Source: Octopus sinensis (Eukaryota). From it: a stretch of 64,000 bases of DNA. The position numbers and the translations under genes were made by a program. The first letter of the stretch is position 1, and the number at the start of each line of letters is the position of its first letter. This document shows, piece after piece, positions 37,381 to 50,199 of this stretch. The notes under the pieces were generated by a model. That model did not search any database. It saw nothing but the letters and a program-made list of their open reading frames with translations, and was not told where the DNA came from. The DNA is taken from NCBI RefSeq assembly GCF_006345805.1, contig NC_043008.1, forward strand, positions 57,412,001-57,476,000, written 5' to 3'.

Positions 37381-37724
37381 GTAAGAAACCTTTTGATATT
37401 CATAGACACCACCTTGGCCCTTCTTGATCCCAACTTTCACCTATTTCCAAGCAAACTAATATTTCCCCATGGCCAGTCATTTCTTTGTAGAATACTGGAA
37501 ATGAATGATACTGCTTGTATGACAGTGACACTCATTTACAACAAATACGGAATGCCAAGGCAGGAAGACACACATGCATGTGTGCACACATACATGTACA
37601 TGCACTCTCACCAGGTTTGGTCTGCCCAAGATTCTACACAGTGGGTTTGAACTCAAAACCATGATGTGGTTAGGAAGCAAGCATGTAAAGACAATAAATC
37701 AAACACATCCACAGTCGCATACTC

Positions 37725-38105
37725 TTACTCTTTTACTTGTTTCAGTCATTTGACTGCGGCCATGCTGGAGCACCGCCTTTAATCGAGCAACTCGACCCTG
37801 GGACTTATTCTTTTGTAAGCCCAGTACTTATTCTATCGGTCTCTTTTGCCGAACTGCTAAGTGACAGGGACACAAACACACCAGCATCGGTTGTCAAGCA
37901 ATGCTAGGGGGACAAACACACACATGCATATATATATATATACACATGATGGGCTTCTTTCAGTTTCCGTCTACCAAATCCACTCACAAGGCTTTGGTCG
38001 ACCCGAGGCTATAGTAGAAGACACTTGCCCAAGGTGCCACGCAGTGGGACTGAACCTGGGACCATGTGGTTGGTAAACAAGCTACTTACCACATAGCCAC
38101 TCCTG
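37725..38105 (-). mobile_element. SINE family B, full length
   Basis: Reverse complement of the 21157-21512 type; further copies at about 30985-31322, 35148-35500, 40385-40725, 40745-41105 and 42530-42860. Confidence 0.85.
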
Positions 38106-38955
38106 CGTATGTGTCTAGATATCTTTTTCTTGTTTCAGTCATTAGACTGCAGCCATGCTGGGGCACTGCTTTGAAGAACTTTTAGTCAAACAAATTTGAT
38201 CCCGGTACTTATTTTTTACCAAACTGCTACGAGCACCATGCGAGCGTGATCGTTGACAGAGCAGCTAACCGGCTTCTGTGCCAGTGGCACATAAAAGGCA
38301 CCATTCGAGTGTGATCGTTGCCGGCTTCACCTTACTGGCACTTCTGCCCCATGCTAGTAGGGTGCTAAGAGCACCATCTAACTGGCTTCCGTGCCAGTGG
38401 CATGTAGGAGGCACAATTCGAGCAGAATCGTTACCAGCATCGCCTTACAGGCACCTGTGCCGTTGGCATGTGGAAGAGATATAAGCCAAAATCCTCATTG
38501 ATACATCTACCTTACCATTGCTGTGGGGGTCTGATGAGATTGCATTGGAGTAGAGCCTTCTATTCTAAGTGTCCTTCTTGATGCCAACTTCTGCCGGTTT
38601 CAAAATAAAGTCATGATTTTGCCTGTTGAACAACAGACAACCTGGACATAGTTATACAGTAATCTGGAAACATCATTTTATGAACAAGCGTTTTGTTTAG
38701 AAAAATCACATCCATCATGGATGTTCTTTTGTCGTGGACTGCAAACAAATGGCATCGTTTGTCTGACTTGTGAGGCCATGGTTAACAATCAGTGAACATT
38801 CTAATGACAAAAAATATGAACTCGTGTGCACATGTGCATACTTGATAGATTGACTTTGTAGAAAGTTTCTAGAAATAACGTAGTAGTTAGATTGGCTTTG
38901 AGCTACAATCTGTGTTAAACTGAATGACCACCAAAGAAAAATTTGTTTACTTTAG

Positions 38956-39079
38956 AACCTGGCTTCATGCGCTTTGTCGAGGATCTGATAATGAAGCAGT
39001 GACGGCAAGACAAGTTCCAAAATCAATAGGATGCAGCAAGAACTTTCTTGGAAAAGCTGCTTTAGACACAAGAGACAAG
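38956..39079 (+). CDS. POLH: DNA polymerase eta coding exon 7
   Basis: tttAG acceptor; TWLHALCRGSDNEAVTARQVPKSIGCSKNF; AAG|GTAAGA donor. Confidence 0.96.
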
Positions 39080-39788
39080 GTAAGACATCTCATATTGAGA
39101 AATTTGTGTGTGTGTGTGAACATATAAATCATTTAATGACTAGACAGGTAGAGGAATAGATAATGGTTAAAATAAAAGTAATTCTTTTATTCTTGTTTGT
39201 CATTGACTGTGGCCATGCTGGAGCACTGCCTTAAAGGGTTTTAGTTGAAGAAATCAACCCCCGGGGATATATTCTTTGTAAGCCTAGTACTTATTCTATC
39301 GGTCTCTTTGCCACACCGCTAGGTTACAGGGATGTAAACACACCAACATCAATTGTCAAGAGATGGTGGGGGACTGACAGACACACAGTGTTGTGTCCTT
39401 GAGCAAGACACTTCATTTCACATTGCTCCAGTCCACTCAGCTGGTAAAAATGAGTTGTACCTGTATTTCAAAGGACCAGCAGCCTTGTCACACACTGTGT
39501 TACGCTGAATCTCCCCAAGAACTACGTTAAGGATACACATGTCTGTGGAGTGCTCAGCCACTTGCACGTTAATTTCACGAGCAAGCTGTTCCGTTGATCA
39601 TATCAGCTGGGACCCTTGTCATCGTAACCGACGGAGTGCTCCTATATATATATATATATAACGGGAAGCTTTATGAAAATAGACAAAAGACGAAGGCAGG
39701 TTTACGGAAATAAACAAAAGACAAAGGCAGGTGGAATACAAACAAACAATTGTATTAGTATGGCGCTCAGGAAATATAAATAAAACAA

Positions 39789-39827
39789 GTCTTTAACGTT
39801 TCGAGCCTACGCTCTTCAACAGAAAGA
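39789..39827 (-). ncRNA. Degenerate Penelope-type hammerhead-like motif
   Basis: Minus strand TCTTT-CTGTTGA-A-GAGC(gtag)GCTC-GAAAC-GTTA-AAGAC; core A6 replaced by T. Confidence 0.4.
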
Positions 39828-39874
39828 TACACAGAGAAGAAGGAGAGAAAAAAAATGCGTGCAGATATATATAT

Positions 39875-39906
<32 letters not shown>

Positions 39907-41167
39907 CGCACACACACATGACAGGCTTCTTTCAGTTTCCATCTACCAAATCCACTCATGGTTGGGCTGGGGCACTACTGTCAAGGGATTTTTCAATCAT
40001 TTATTTTACTGTCCAATAACTATTATCCCTTTGGCACAAAAAAAATGTGACTTGATATATTGGTTTGTGTGGCTGTGTGATTAAGTTTGCTTCCCACTGC
40101 TTGGCACCTTGGGCAAGTGTCCTCTAAAACTCTAGGCTGACCAAACCCAAATATTTAATACTCTTTACTAGTACAACATACTTAATGTGAGTTGTCTTTT
40201 CTATTTTGGAAAAAATCTCTTTAATGACATCCAGTGTTGAAAAACTGTACACTTCAAAGTCAATGATATCACCTCAGAAGTGACCATGAGAGTGACATAT
40301 ACACATTTTACCATAGTTGTAGTGTATCAGTGTTGCATACTTGTGTCACCACTGAAGCAAAATCGAATCTGCTAGTCTGAAGTGAGTGGCTCTGTGGTAA
40401 GTAGCTTGCCTACCAACCACATGGTTTCGGGTTCAGTTCCACTGCGTGGAACCTTGGGCAAGTGTTTTCTACTATACCATTGGGCCAACCAAAGCCTTGT
40501 GAGTGGATTTGGTTGACGGAAACTAAAAGAAGCCTGTCGTATATATGTTGACATTGGTGTTGGTGTGTTTATGTCCCTGTAACATAGCAGTTCAGCAAGA
40601 GACCCTGACAGAATAAGTACTAGGCTTTAAAAAAAAAAAAGTACTGGGGATAATTGATTCGACTAAGAATTTTTCAAGGTGGTGCCCCAGCATGGCCGCA
40701 GTGCAATGACTGAAACAGATAAAGGATATAATGTAGAATATACTCTTTACTCTTTTTGACTGGCCATGCTGGAGCACCACCTTTAGTCGAGCAAATCGAC
40801 CCCAGGACTTACTCTTTGTAAGCCTAGTACTTTTTCTATTGGTCTCTTTTGCCGAACTGCTAATGTTACGGCAACGTAAACACACCAGCATCGGTTGTCA
40901 AGCAATGTTGGGGGGACAAATACAGACACATACTCACATATATATGACGGGCTTCTTTCAGTTTCCATCTACCAAATCCACTCACAAGGCTTTGGTCAAC
41001 CCAAGGCTATAGTAGAAGACACTTGCCCAAGGTGCCACGCAGTGGGACTGAAACCAGAACCATGTGGTTGGTAAGCAAGCTACTTACTGCACACCCACTC
41101 CTGTGCCTAAAGTTTGTTTTATGAAGCAGAACACTGAGATTTTTTCTTTTTTTTCTGTTTATTCCAG

Positions 41168-41233
41168 GTGAAACATTGGTTGAAACAACTGGCTACAGAA
41201 GTTGAAGAAAGGCTAATTAAAGATAAAGAAAAT
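41168..41233 (+). CDS. POLH: DNA polymerase eta coding exon 8
   Basis: ttccAG acceptor; VKHWLKQLATEVEERLIKDKEN (little finger); AAT|GTAAGT donor. Confidence 0.94.
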
Positions 41234-41676
41234 GTAAGTTCATCCTGAAATTGTCTGACAAATTCATCATCATTTATAAGACTAGTACTTACTCCCTCTT
41301 TTTTGCAAAACTTCTAAGATATGGGGACATAAACACACCAACATCAGTTGTCAAGCGATGGTGGTGGGGGACAAACAGGGACACACACATACATGATGGG
41401 CTTCTTTCAGTTTCCGCCTACCAAATCCACTCATGGCTTTGGTGAGCCTGAGGCTATAGTAAACACTTACCCAAGGTATCATACAATGTGACTGAACACT
41501 GAACCATGTGGTTGGGTAGCAAGCCTGTTACCACACAGCCGCACCATACCATTTCACAATGGACAGGGACACATTGTACTGTTTTCAAAAAACTGGAACA
41601 CATTAAACAAATTAAGTCTGAATAAAATAAATTAAAGAGTTTAAACTATTGACTGTTAATTCTTCAATATTTTTAG

Positions 41677-41855
41677 AATAAACGAACTGCAACATCGATG
41701 ATTACCAGTCTTCGATTCCAAAGTCCTGTTAATCGAACAATTCAATCAAGCAGTCGTACAACAGCAGTTGTGCAATACAGTGCTGAGAAAATTGCTAATT
41801 GTGCATTTTCTCTGCTGCAACAATTCAATCTAAGCCCTCCGCATCAAGCATCATG
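41677..41855 (+). CDS. POLH: DNA polymerase eta coding exon 9
   Basis: tttAG acceptor; NKRTATSMITSLR...SSSRT...YSAEKIANCAFSLLQQFN; TG|GTAAGT donor. Confidence 0.92.
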
Positions 41856-42119
41856 GTAAGTGGCATGGTTTTTGTTTCTCATTTAACTCTTTAACCCTTT
41901 AGTGTTCGCATTATTCTGCCAAAATGAATGCTTCTTCATCCACATTGTTTTGAATTAATCATGCATTATCTTGTAGCTATGAGGTAGCTGTTAATTTTTA
42001 AAACGATGTTGTAGGGTTGGTGTGAGAGACCAGATATGGCTAGTTTGAACATAAAACAGGCAGAAAATTTTTGGCCGGATATGGCCGGTTTAAACGCTAA
42101 AGGGTTAAGGCTGGGTATA

Positions 42120-42475
42120 AATCTATTTATCTATCTGCTCAGCCGAAGTCGACTCTCGGTTACTCGATGGATCAGTGTCCTCCAGCCAGTTCTATCCTGG
42201 GTCGCTTCTTTCAGATTGGCTATGGCCATTCCCGTGTCACTCTTAATGGTGTCAAGCCAGCAGGTTCTTGGTTGGCCTCATCCTCTCTTGCCACTGACCA
42301 TTCCGAGCTTGATGTCCTTCTCCAGGGATTTTCTCCGCATAATATGACCAAAATATATCCATCTATGCTTGGTGATCCTAGCTTCCAGCGACAGTTTCAG
42401 CTTGATCTGGTTAAGAACTTCTCCATTGGTGAGCCTCGCTGTCCATGGAATCCATAAAAGTCTTCTCCAAAGTAT
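42120..42475 (-). mobile_element. RTE-BovB-like LINE 3' end
   Basis: WRRLLWIPWTARLTNGEVL...YFGHIMRRKSLEKDIKLGMVSGKRG..P..CWLD...DRTGWRTLIHRVTESRLRL*, short TAGA tail. Confidence 0.85.
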
Positions 42476-44610
42476 AAATAACAAGTGTTTTTGTGCGGGA
42501 CGGGGCTGGTGAAATAAGGGAAAAGATACAGGAGTGGCTGTGTGGTAAGTAGCTTGCTAACCAACCACATGGTTCCAGGTTCAATCCCACTGCATGGCAT
42601 CTTGGGCAAGTGTCTTCTGCTATAGCTCTGGGCCGACCAATGCCTTGAGTGGATTTGGTAGACGGAAACTGAAAGAAGCCTGTCGTATATATGTATTTAT
42701 ATATGTATGTATGTATGTGCTTGTGTGTCTGTGTTTGTACCCCTAGCATTGCTTGACAAATGATGCTGGGCTTACAAAGAATAAGTCCCAGGGTCGATTT
42801 GCTCGACTAAAGGCGGTGCTCCAGCATGGCCGCAGTCAAATGACCGAAACATGTAAAAAGAGTATATACCACACCTGTCTTCTTCACAAGTTAGCTGTGT
42901 CAATAAGCCACACCCAACCAAAGGGTTAATAGAGATTCCTTGCGATGGCATAATGCAAAATAGTTGATTGGATCGAACCTCAGTATATAACTGGTATTTT
43001 GTCCCGGGCATGACACAGAATTGCATCGGGTGTTGATGCTCCAGTTCAGGAATTGTGGAGTTTTGTGGGGTGTAGAACTACACCTTAACCACTACTCTTC
43101 CCAAGTATGCTTAGACCCAAAGTGGTTGTACCTGTCAAAGGGTTTCAGTTATGGGTCAGATAGCAGAAATAGTCTTGTGACTAAAACAGGAAGTGGGATG
43201 GCCCTTAGAAGTGTATCATGCAGTCCCACCAGTTTGTGGACTTGTGAACACTCCCTGATGTTACCTGAACCAATACCCTTGTTTAAGGGTCAAATGAGCT
43301 CTGAATGAGCAGCTGAAGAGAGCTGGAGACTAAAACAGAATAAACTGCAAATAAATTGTCAGAAGATTAATGGAAAAACAGTATTTTCTAAGAGAAGTGA
43401 TGCATCTTCAGATTGTGACTCAGAAATCCATTTTTGCTGGTACCATAGGCATGGTGCATGAAAGAAAGAGGGAGAAAAATTTTTTTTTAGTGCCGCCTCG
43501 ACTGGCTTCCGTGCAGGTGGCACGTAAAATGCACCAATCCGACCGTGGCCGATGCCAGCCTCGCCTGGCACCAGTGCAGGTGGCACGTAAAAAGCACCCA
43601 CTACACTCACGGAGTGGTTGGCATTAGGAAGGGCATCCAGCTGTAGAAACATTGCCAGATAAGACCGGAGCCTGGTGCAACCTTCTGGCTTCCCAGATCC
43701 TCGGTCGAACCGTCCAACCCGTGCTAGCATGGAGAACGGATGTTAAACGATGATGATCACACCAGAATGATGAAAGGATTTGAATTCAGAATGTAACTGA
43801 ATGAAACTAGAAAGAATAACATGTTTAGAGTACCCTATCATTTCCTATTTTGGCCATGGCACTAAATTTTAATGTTGATTGTCATAATGATCAACAGTAG
43901 TAACTGTTGCATTTATCTCTCATAACTTTAGCTCTGTACTACTTTTTTGTTTTTAATACTAATCATTATTTGGATGTAAGATTATTGCAGAGGGTGGGAT
44001 AAAATCGTACCATCTTAAAGATGCTGCCAAAGTAATTGTTATAAATTATAATATCCTACCATTAATTCCTTTCTACAATAGTAATAGATAAAAAATTATC
44101 TTATTTTGTATTGAGTACGAAAATGTAGCATAGTGTCGAATGACATTGATAGATACTGGCTTTACCTAATATAAAATATGTCTTAAACATTGGATGGCCG
44201 TGATTAACAGATTAGATGGTAAGCAGAAATAAAGTTTGAATAAAAGCTTTCTTTGAACTGGTTTATGACAGTAATTGAGGTCACTCACATCAGGAATAAA
44301 ATCTTGAGTAGGATTTGAAGTCAGAACATGGAGATATAAAAATAAATACAAGACCTATGTCTGGTCCCTCACTTAGAATTTCTGCCCTATTTCTGTGACA
44401 ATATTCAGTCCTTACATAGACAAGACCCCTCTTATTTATAAGACACGATAGAATGAGATTGTGTGCCATTTATACCTTTCTCAAGTGCCTTCCCTCTTTG
44501 TCCATATTGTTGACACTTTGAAATTTATGCTCTTGAATGTAAACTCAATCATTTTTACTTCTAAAAATATCTTATCCCTTTTCTTTTTTTCTTTTTTGTT
44601 TCGTTATCAG

Positions 44611-45898
44611 GTCACCTCCAATTCTGATGCTTAGTATTTCAGTAGGAAAATTTGTTGACATTCCTTCTGTTCAGACTGGCAGTATTTCTGCTCTCATTAA
44701 AAAACAAATAAGCAATACTCAAGCTGTGAGGTCATCCTTCGTGGCCAACAACGTTAGCTTACAAAACCAACAGGCGGAAACTGACGGCTTTAGCCAAAAG
44801 GTGCTTAAGACCTCCAACTCAAAATCTATCAAGAAGCCGTCTCTTATATCACAGAATAACACTTTAACATCATATTTAAAGAACATTGAAGTTTCACAAA
44901 TTGAGCCATCATCTACAAACCAAAGACAAATAAATTGTTCAAGCACCATCCCAGAGCTTCCTGGGAATGATGCTGATGATAATAATAGACTTAATAAAGA
45001 TACAATCGAAAGTTTTTTTTCACGGAAAGTTTTGGAAAGTTCTTTTCCTAAATCATTTAGTGGAGTTTTAAAACCTAATGGTTCTTCACCTGATGCCAGT
45101 GGAATTTCTAGTGAGGGAGACGAGGCTGAAAGTAAACATACGAGTAGCTTCTTTGCAATGAAACAAAATGAGATACAGAAACTAAAAGACTATTCAGTAA
45201 AACCGGTCGGTTCATCTACTGGTGAAGAAAAATTACTCCAACCTGGACACCAAGGGGTAGTTTTTGAAAATTCATTTCCAACTCAATTTGATAACATTTC
45301 CACCACAGAAGACATTTCAAATTCTTCAAATACAGATGTTGTTCATAATAATGGCCTTGCATTGAAATCTTGTGATTCCTCAGATGGTACTGCTGCTCCT
45401 GATACTTGTAATGTTCCTGGTGATGAGGTATCTGTAATTTATGTAACTGATGATGATGAGGAGGAGGAGAAAGAGAAGGAAGTTTATGCATCTGAGAGTT
45501 TAAGAAGTGATACTGTACCTGTTCCCTATCAGGAAAAGTCAACCTGTTCTCAAAAGCCGTCATTTGACAAACAGACTGTCTTTAACGAGGATTCAGTTGA
45601 TTCTTGCCATTCTGCAGATTATTCATTGCATTCTGATAGAAGAGATGAGGTGGATTATGTAGAATGTCAAGACTGCATGAAGAAAATCCTTGTTTGGGAC
45701 CTGCTGGAACACCAAGATTACCATTTTGCTCAGCAACTACAGAGAACTGTTGACAGAAATATGACTCATGGGAATCCCAATCACAGAACATCAAATCCAA
45801 CACAAAAGAGGAAAATCCAAACTGCTAAGAATAAAGAGAAACGGCCTAAAAGTAACCCCCACATGAAAACACTGGAAGTTTTTTTCCAACGGAAATAA
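44611..45898 (+). CDS. POLH: DNA polymerase eta terminal coding exon 10 (RIR-like FF motifs, UBZ, NLS, PIP box)
   Basis: atcAG acceptor; (W)SPPILMLSISVGKF; IESFF and SSFF motifs; UBZ CQDCMKKILVWDLLEHQDYHFA; basic KRK..KRPK; terminal PIP MKTLEVFF; TAA stop. Confidence 0.96.
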
Positions 45899-46356
45899 TT
45901 GTAAATATTGAGGTTTTATTTAATTTCATTTATTTATTGGGATTTTTTTTTTCTTAATATTTAATAATGTATGTTATTTAGTGAGATAAGTATAATTTAT
46001 TTTTCTTCAATTTATTTTAATACTGGTTAAAGACCACAACTACCTTAGCAATGTTTCTCAAACTGTCAAAATACCTACACACACATACACGAAAATTTAT
46101 TTATTTTTTTCCTCTCACCTTTCTTTGTTAATGAGAAAACAAGTTCTATTGGCCATGCTATTGGGCAAATTTTAAAACCATTTCAACTTTATTTAACTCA
46201 GCAATTTGTCTCTTGCTTGCTCTTTAATAGCCCCTCTTCAATTCTCTAGTCTCTTCTTCTCTATGGATTAAAAAAAAAAATACTAATTTAATATTCCATC
46301 CATCCATTTTGTCTGCCAAATATTCCTTGAAAGGTCATGGAAGTAGGATACTCAAG

Positions 46357-46980
46357 CACCTCTTCCACAGTCCTGTCGGGCACCTTTCCCACAGCCCCGT
46401 CGGGCACCTCTCCCACAGCCCCGTCGGGCACCTCTCCCACAGCCCCGTCGGGCACCTCTCCCACAGCCCCGTCGGGCACCTCTCCCACAGCCCCGTCGGG
46501 CACCTCTCCCACAGCCCCGTCGGGCACCTCTCCCACAGCCCCGTCGGGCACCTCTCCCACAGCCCCGTCGGGCACCTCTCCCACAGCCCCGTCGGGCACC
46601 TCTCCACAGCCCCGTCGGGCACCTCTCCCACAGCCCCGTCGGGCACCTCTCCCACATCCCCGTCGGGCACCTCTCCCACAGCCCCGCCGGGCACCTCTCC
46701 CACAGCCCCGTCGGGCACCTCTCCCACAGCCCCGTCGGGCACCTCTCCCACAGCCCCGTCGGGCACCTTCTCCCACAGCCCCGTCGGGCACCTTCTCCCA
46801 CAGCCCCGTCGGGCACCTTCTTCCACAGCCCCGTCGGGCACCTTCTTCCACAGCCCCGTCGGGCACCTTCTTCCACAGCCCCGTCGGGCACCTTCTCCAC
46901 AGCCCCGTCGGGCACCTTCCACAGCCCCGTCGGGCACCTTCTTCCACAGCCCCGTCGGGCACCTTCTTCCACAGCCCGAT
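46357..46980 (+). repeat. GC-rich ~24-bp minisatellite downstream of the POLH stop
   Basis: Unit CCCACAGCCCCGTCGGGCACCTCT with 22-26 bp variants, about 25 copies. Confidence 0.95.
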
Positions 46981-47379
46981 CGGAAGCAGTTATCGTTACA
47001 CTTTCCACCTGTATTCCCAAGCATGATCAAATGAAACTATAGATTATTATCCAACTGTCTTGTTCTTGGTCTGCCCCTTGGTTATTCTCTGGTTAATGCA
47101 TATGCCAGGTAAACTTAGAAGTTACCTTCTCGAATCCTACCAATTCGTAAGGGCTGGTTTCATGGTATATATATTTCCCACCTGGACAGGACACTGGTCC
47201 ATCACAAGTTAACTCACTTTTGCCAGCTGAGTGGACTGGAGCAACGTGTAATGAAGTGTTTTGCTCAAGAACTCGTGTCGCCCAGTCCTGGAATCGAAAC
47301 CATCACAATCTTACAATCATGATTCCAACACCCTAACCACTAAGCTACTTGCCTCCACCATGCCAAGGTAGCTTGCACC

Positions 47380-47590
47380 TTTGAAAAGTCACCAGAACAG
47401 TGGCAGGCTGTAGTGATAATCCCGATCTTTAAAAAGGGATACTAGAGAGCCTGCTCTAATTATAAAGGAGTCTCTTTGTTAAGCCATCCTGGAAAAGTCA
47501 ATGCTAGGTGTCTGGGAAAGGGATGTAGGGAAATTGAGCCCAACCTAACTGAGGAACACTGTGGCTTCCATCCTGGATGCAGCACAACAG
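47380..47590 (+). mobile_element. RTE LINE RT fragment
   Basis: PEQWQAVVIIPIFKKGDTRACSNYKGVSLLSHPGKV...EEHCGFHPGCSTT. Confidence 0.8.
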
Positions 47591-48959
47591 GGGTTCAGAA
47601 TTTATTTCTACAAAAAGTTTTTTTTTTTAACAGCTAATCCTAAAGTTTCATTATAAGCTGAACTTAATTGGCAAATTTCCAGAATAGCTGTCACACAAGT
47701 TTTTTTTTTTTTTTATCCCAAATTTCAAAACCATAGCGGGCTGTGGCTTTTTTTTTTTTTTTTTTTCAGCTTTTCCAATTTTTTGATCTTGCATTTCAAA
47801 ACTATGGTGGGTGGTGTTTTTTTTTAAAAAAAATTTTTTAACACCCCCTTCCCCTCAATTTCACCTTCATGGCAGCAGCTACTACTTGTATTTTTTTTTT
47901 GTCCTCATTTTGAAACACTTGATCCTTGTTTTTAGAGAAAATAATTTCATACCCACTTCACTGCTCCTTCATACTTTCACCCCCTCCCCACTCTCTCTTT
48001 ATTATAGTGCTTCACACTGAAGCATTTCTTATGAATTTGTAATTTGCATCCAAAGTTTTTTTTTTTTTTTTTTGTTCATCAGAAATTCTGTTTTGCAAAA
48101 AAAAATTTTCCTGAGCTCTTTTTTTATATTTATATTTTTGCCCCCACCCCACTGCCAGCATAAAAAAAAATTTTTTTTTCACCCCAGTTTAACCATTATT
48201 TCCTGCCTCAAAATTTTGTTTTTCACACTTTTTGCCATTATCTGATTTTATTTATTACTATTTGTGTGTTGGATCTGAATGTGAATAACTCAATGTTGGT
48301 TTTCTCTCCTTTTTTTTTATTCCTTCATTACAACTCCCTGTTTCAACTTAAGGACAGATAATTCCTCCTTACCCCACCACTAATGATAGCAACACTCCCT
48401 TAGGATCATTCCATATGAACTCAGCCAGAGCTGTACAAGTAACTAAATTTGGCTCAAATGTTTTTGGGTAATAGCTTTGTATGCATAAGGAATGCATGCA
48501 TAATTTTAGGGTCCAATTCCTAAGTCTTTCAAAGATATCCCCCCCCCCAAAAAAAATTTGTGGGTCATGTCCATCATGGAGTTCAAATGTCAATTTATAC
48601 AGATTTTGGTGCTGAATCTCTTTCAAACTAATAATATTTAACTTAAATTGGCTACCTTCAGTAATCTGAATTCAGCCTGCTCTCAGAATTGCTCTATTTC
48701 CTTTCATTTTCAAGTTATTGGCCTTTTAAATATGGACCTGTTTAATGTGCAGGAATTTTTTAAAACTCAACATTCAAGCCCCCCACCAATGAGGTCAAGA
48801 TATTTAATACAAGCAAACTTCTGCTGAGTTTCTTCAATTTGACGGCTGCTTTGTCCATGACAAGACTATTGACTATGTACAAGGCATTATATATTTAGAG
48901 GCCTCTGAAAATGTTTCGGGGTGAAAAAAATATTATTTTGAAAATTTTCACCTTGCAAG

Positions 48960-50190
48960 TTAATCCATGTTGACAATTAAACAAAGGAATGAAATCTGGG
49001 TTGATACTTCTGACGTAAGAGTCAAAAAGATGTACTTTGTTGCATAAACTACGGGCATTCAAAACAACAGTTTGTATCTGGATTTCAGATGACGATGATA
49101 TACAGGTGATGGCTGATTGTTCTTGTTTAGTTTCCCATGATTTTTGTATTGCCAGTTATTGTGGGTGCAGTATGCTCAGACCAATTGATATCCCTTATCT
49201 ATAACTCACCAGACTTGACGAATTTCCATATTTGCCCATCATCGCGTAGGCTAAAGCTTTCCTGTGGCACAGAGTTGCGATTTAGGGAAGCTACAGATCT
49301 TAACTTTGGGCGTACATCAGGTTGTAGGCCAGGATGTGTCCTAAAGGTGATTATGTTGTCACGCTGAGCTCTATCAGCAGCCAGATGGAATGCCCGCGCC
49401 TCAGTAAAGTTTGTAAACATCAGCTTGTGTTTCGATCCTGGTCTGCCAAGGCGGAAAGCATTTTTTGGAGGAACACAGCGGAAGTCCTTAGCTGTGTTTC
49501 CAATGAATGCCTGCAGATCTACCACATCTTCCAGCACTCCGATGGCTATTAATTCATGAGTGGTTGGTTCAGCAGCACCCTCGATGCGTTGAAGTTCCAT
49601 ACGAGCTACAGGTAAGTTGCTGAGCAAGGCACTCCGATATGACCCCTCGCTGTGAGTTTTTGCACAGACGCTGGTTCTGATTCCTGCTATTTCGCGTCTT
49701 AAAGCAGAAATCATTTGTTGAATTTCTGCAACTTCTGTACTGTGGTCGATTTTTGTTTGTGTTGAGAGTGTCAGGTGGTAGGCCAGGACATGTCCGAAAG
49801 GTAATTCTGTTTTTGCGCCAAGCCCTATCAGCGGCTAGATGGTATGCCCGCGCCTCAGTAGGGTTTGAAAACATCAGCCTGATCAGCCTGGGTTTGGATC
49901 CTGGTCAGCCAAGGCGGAAAGCACTTTTTGGGGGAACACAGCTAAGGTCCTTAGCTGTGTTTCCAATGAATGCCTGTAGATCAACTATGTCTTCCGATAC
50001 TCTGATGACAATTACCTCATGGCTGGTTGATTCAGTGACTTCTTCGATGCATCTAGGTTCAGTAAGAGCTATGGGTAAATTGTTGGGCAAGACACTCCGA
50101 TACAATCCCTCAGACGCTGGTTTTGATTCCTGCTATTTCGCGGCTTAAAGTAGAAATCATTTGTTTAATTTCTGGCTGCTCTTCACTTAG
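48960..50190 (-). mobile_element. CR1/L2-type LINE relic: duplicated ORF1-like domain plus start of APE endonuclease
   Basis: Two ~410-bp copies encoding LIAIGVLED...AFRLGRPG...; downstream IQTVVLNARSLCNKVHLF...PDFI (APE motif I). Confidence 0.6.
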
Positions 50191-50199
50191 AAGAGTGAA

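Noticed and set aside
44627-45898. Stand-alone 423-aa gene
   Set aside because: It is the last exon of POLH; the acceptor at 44610 joins in frame
46288-47034. Five overlapping 220-240 aa ORFs on both strands
   Set aside because: Stop-free by virtue of a GC-rich 24-bp repeat; no splice or domain support
47590-48350. Homopolymer-rich tract as a biological signal
   Set aside because: Inflated T/A/C runs could be long-read consensus error or a decayed repeat; no interpretable structure
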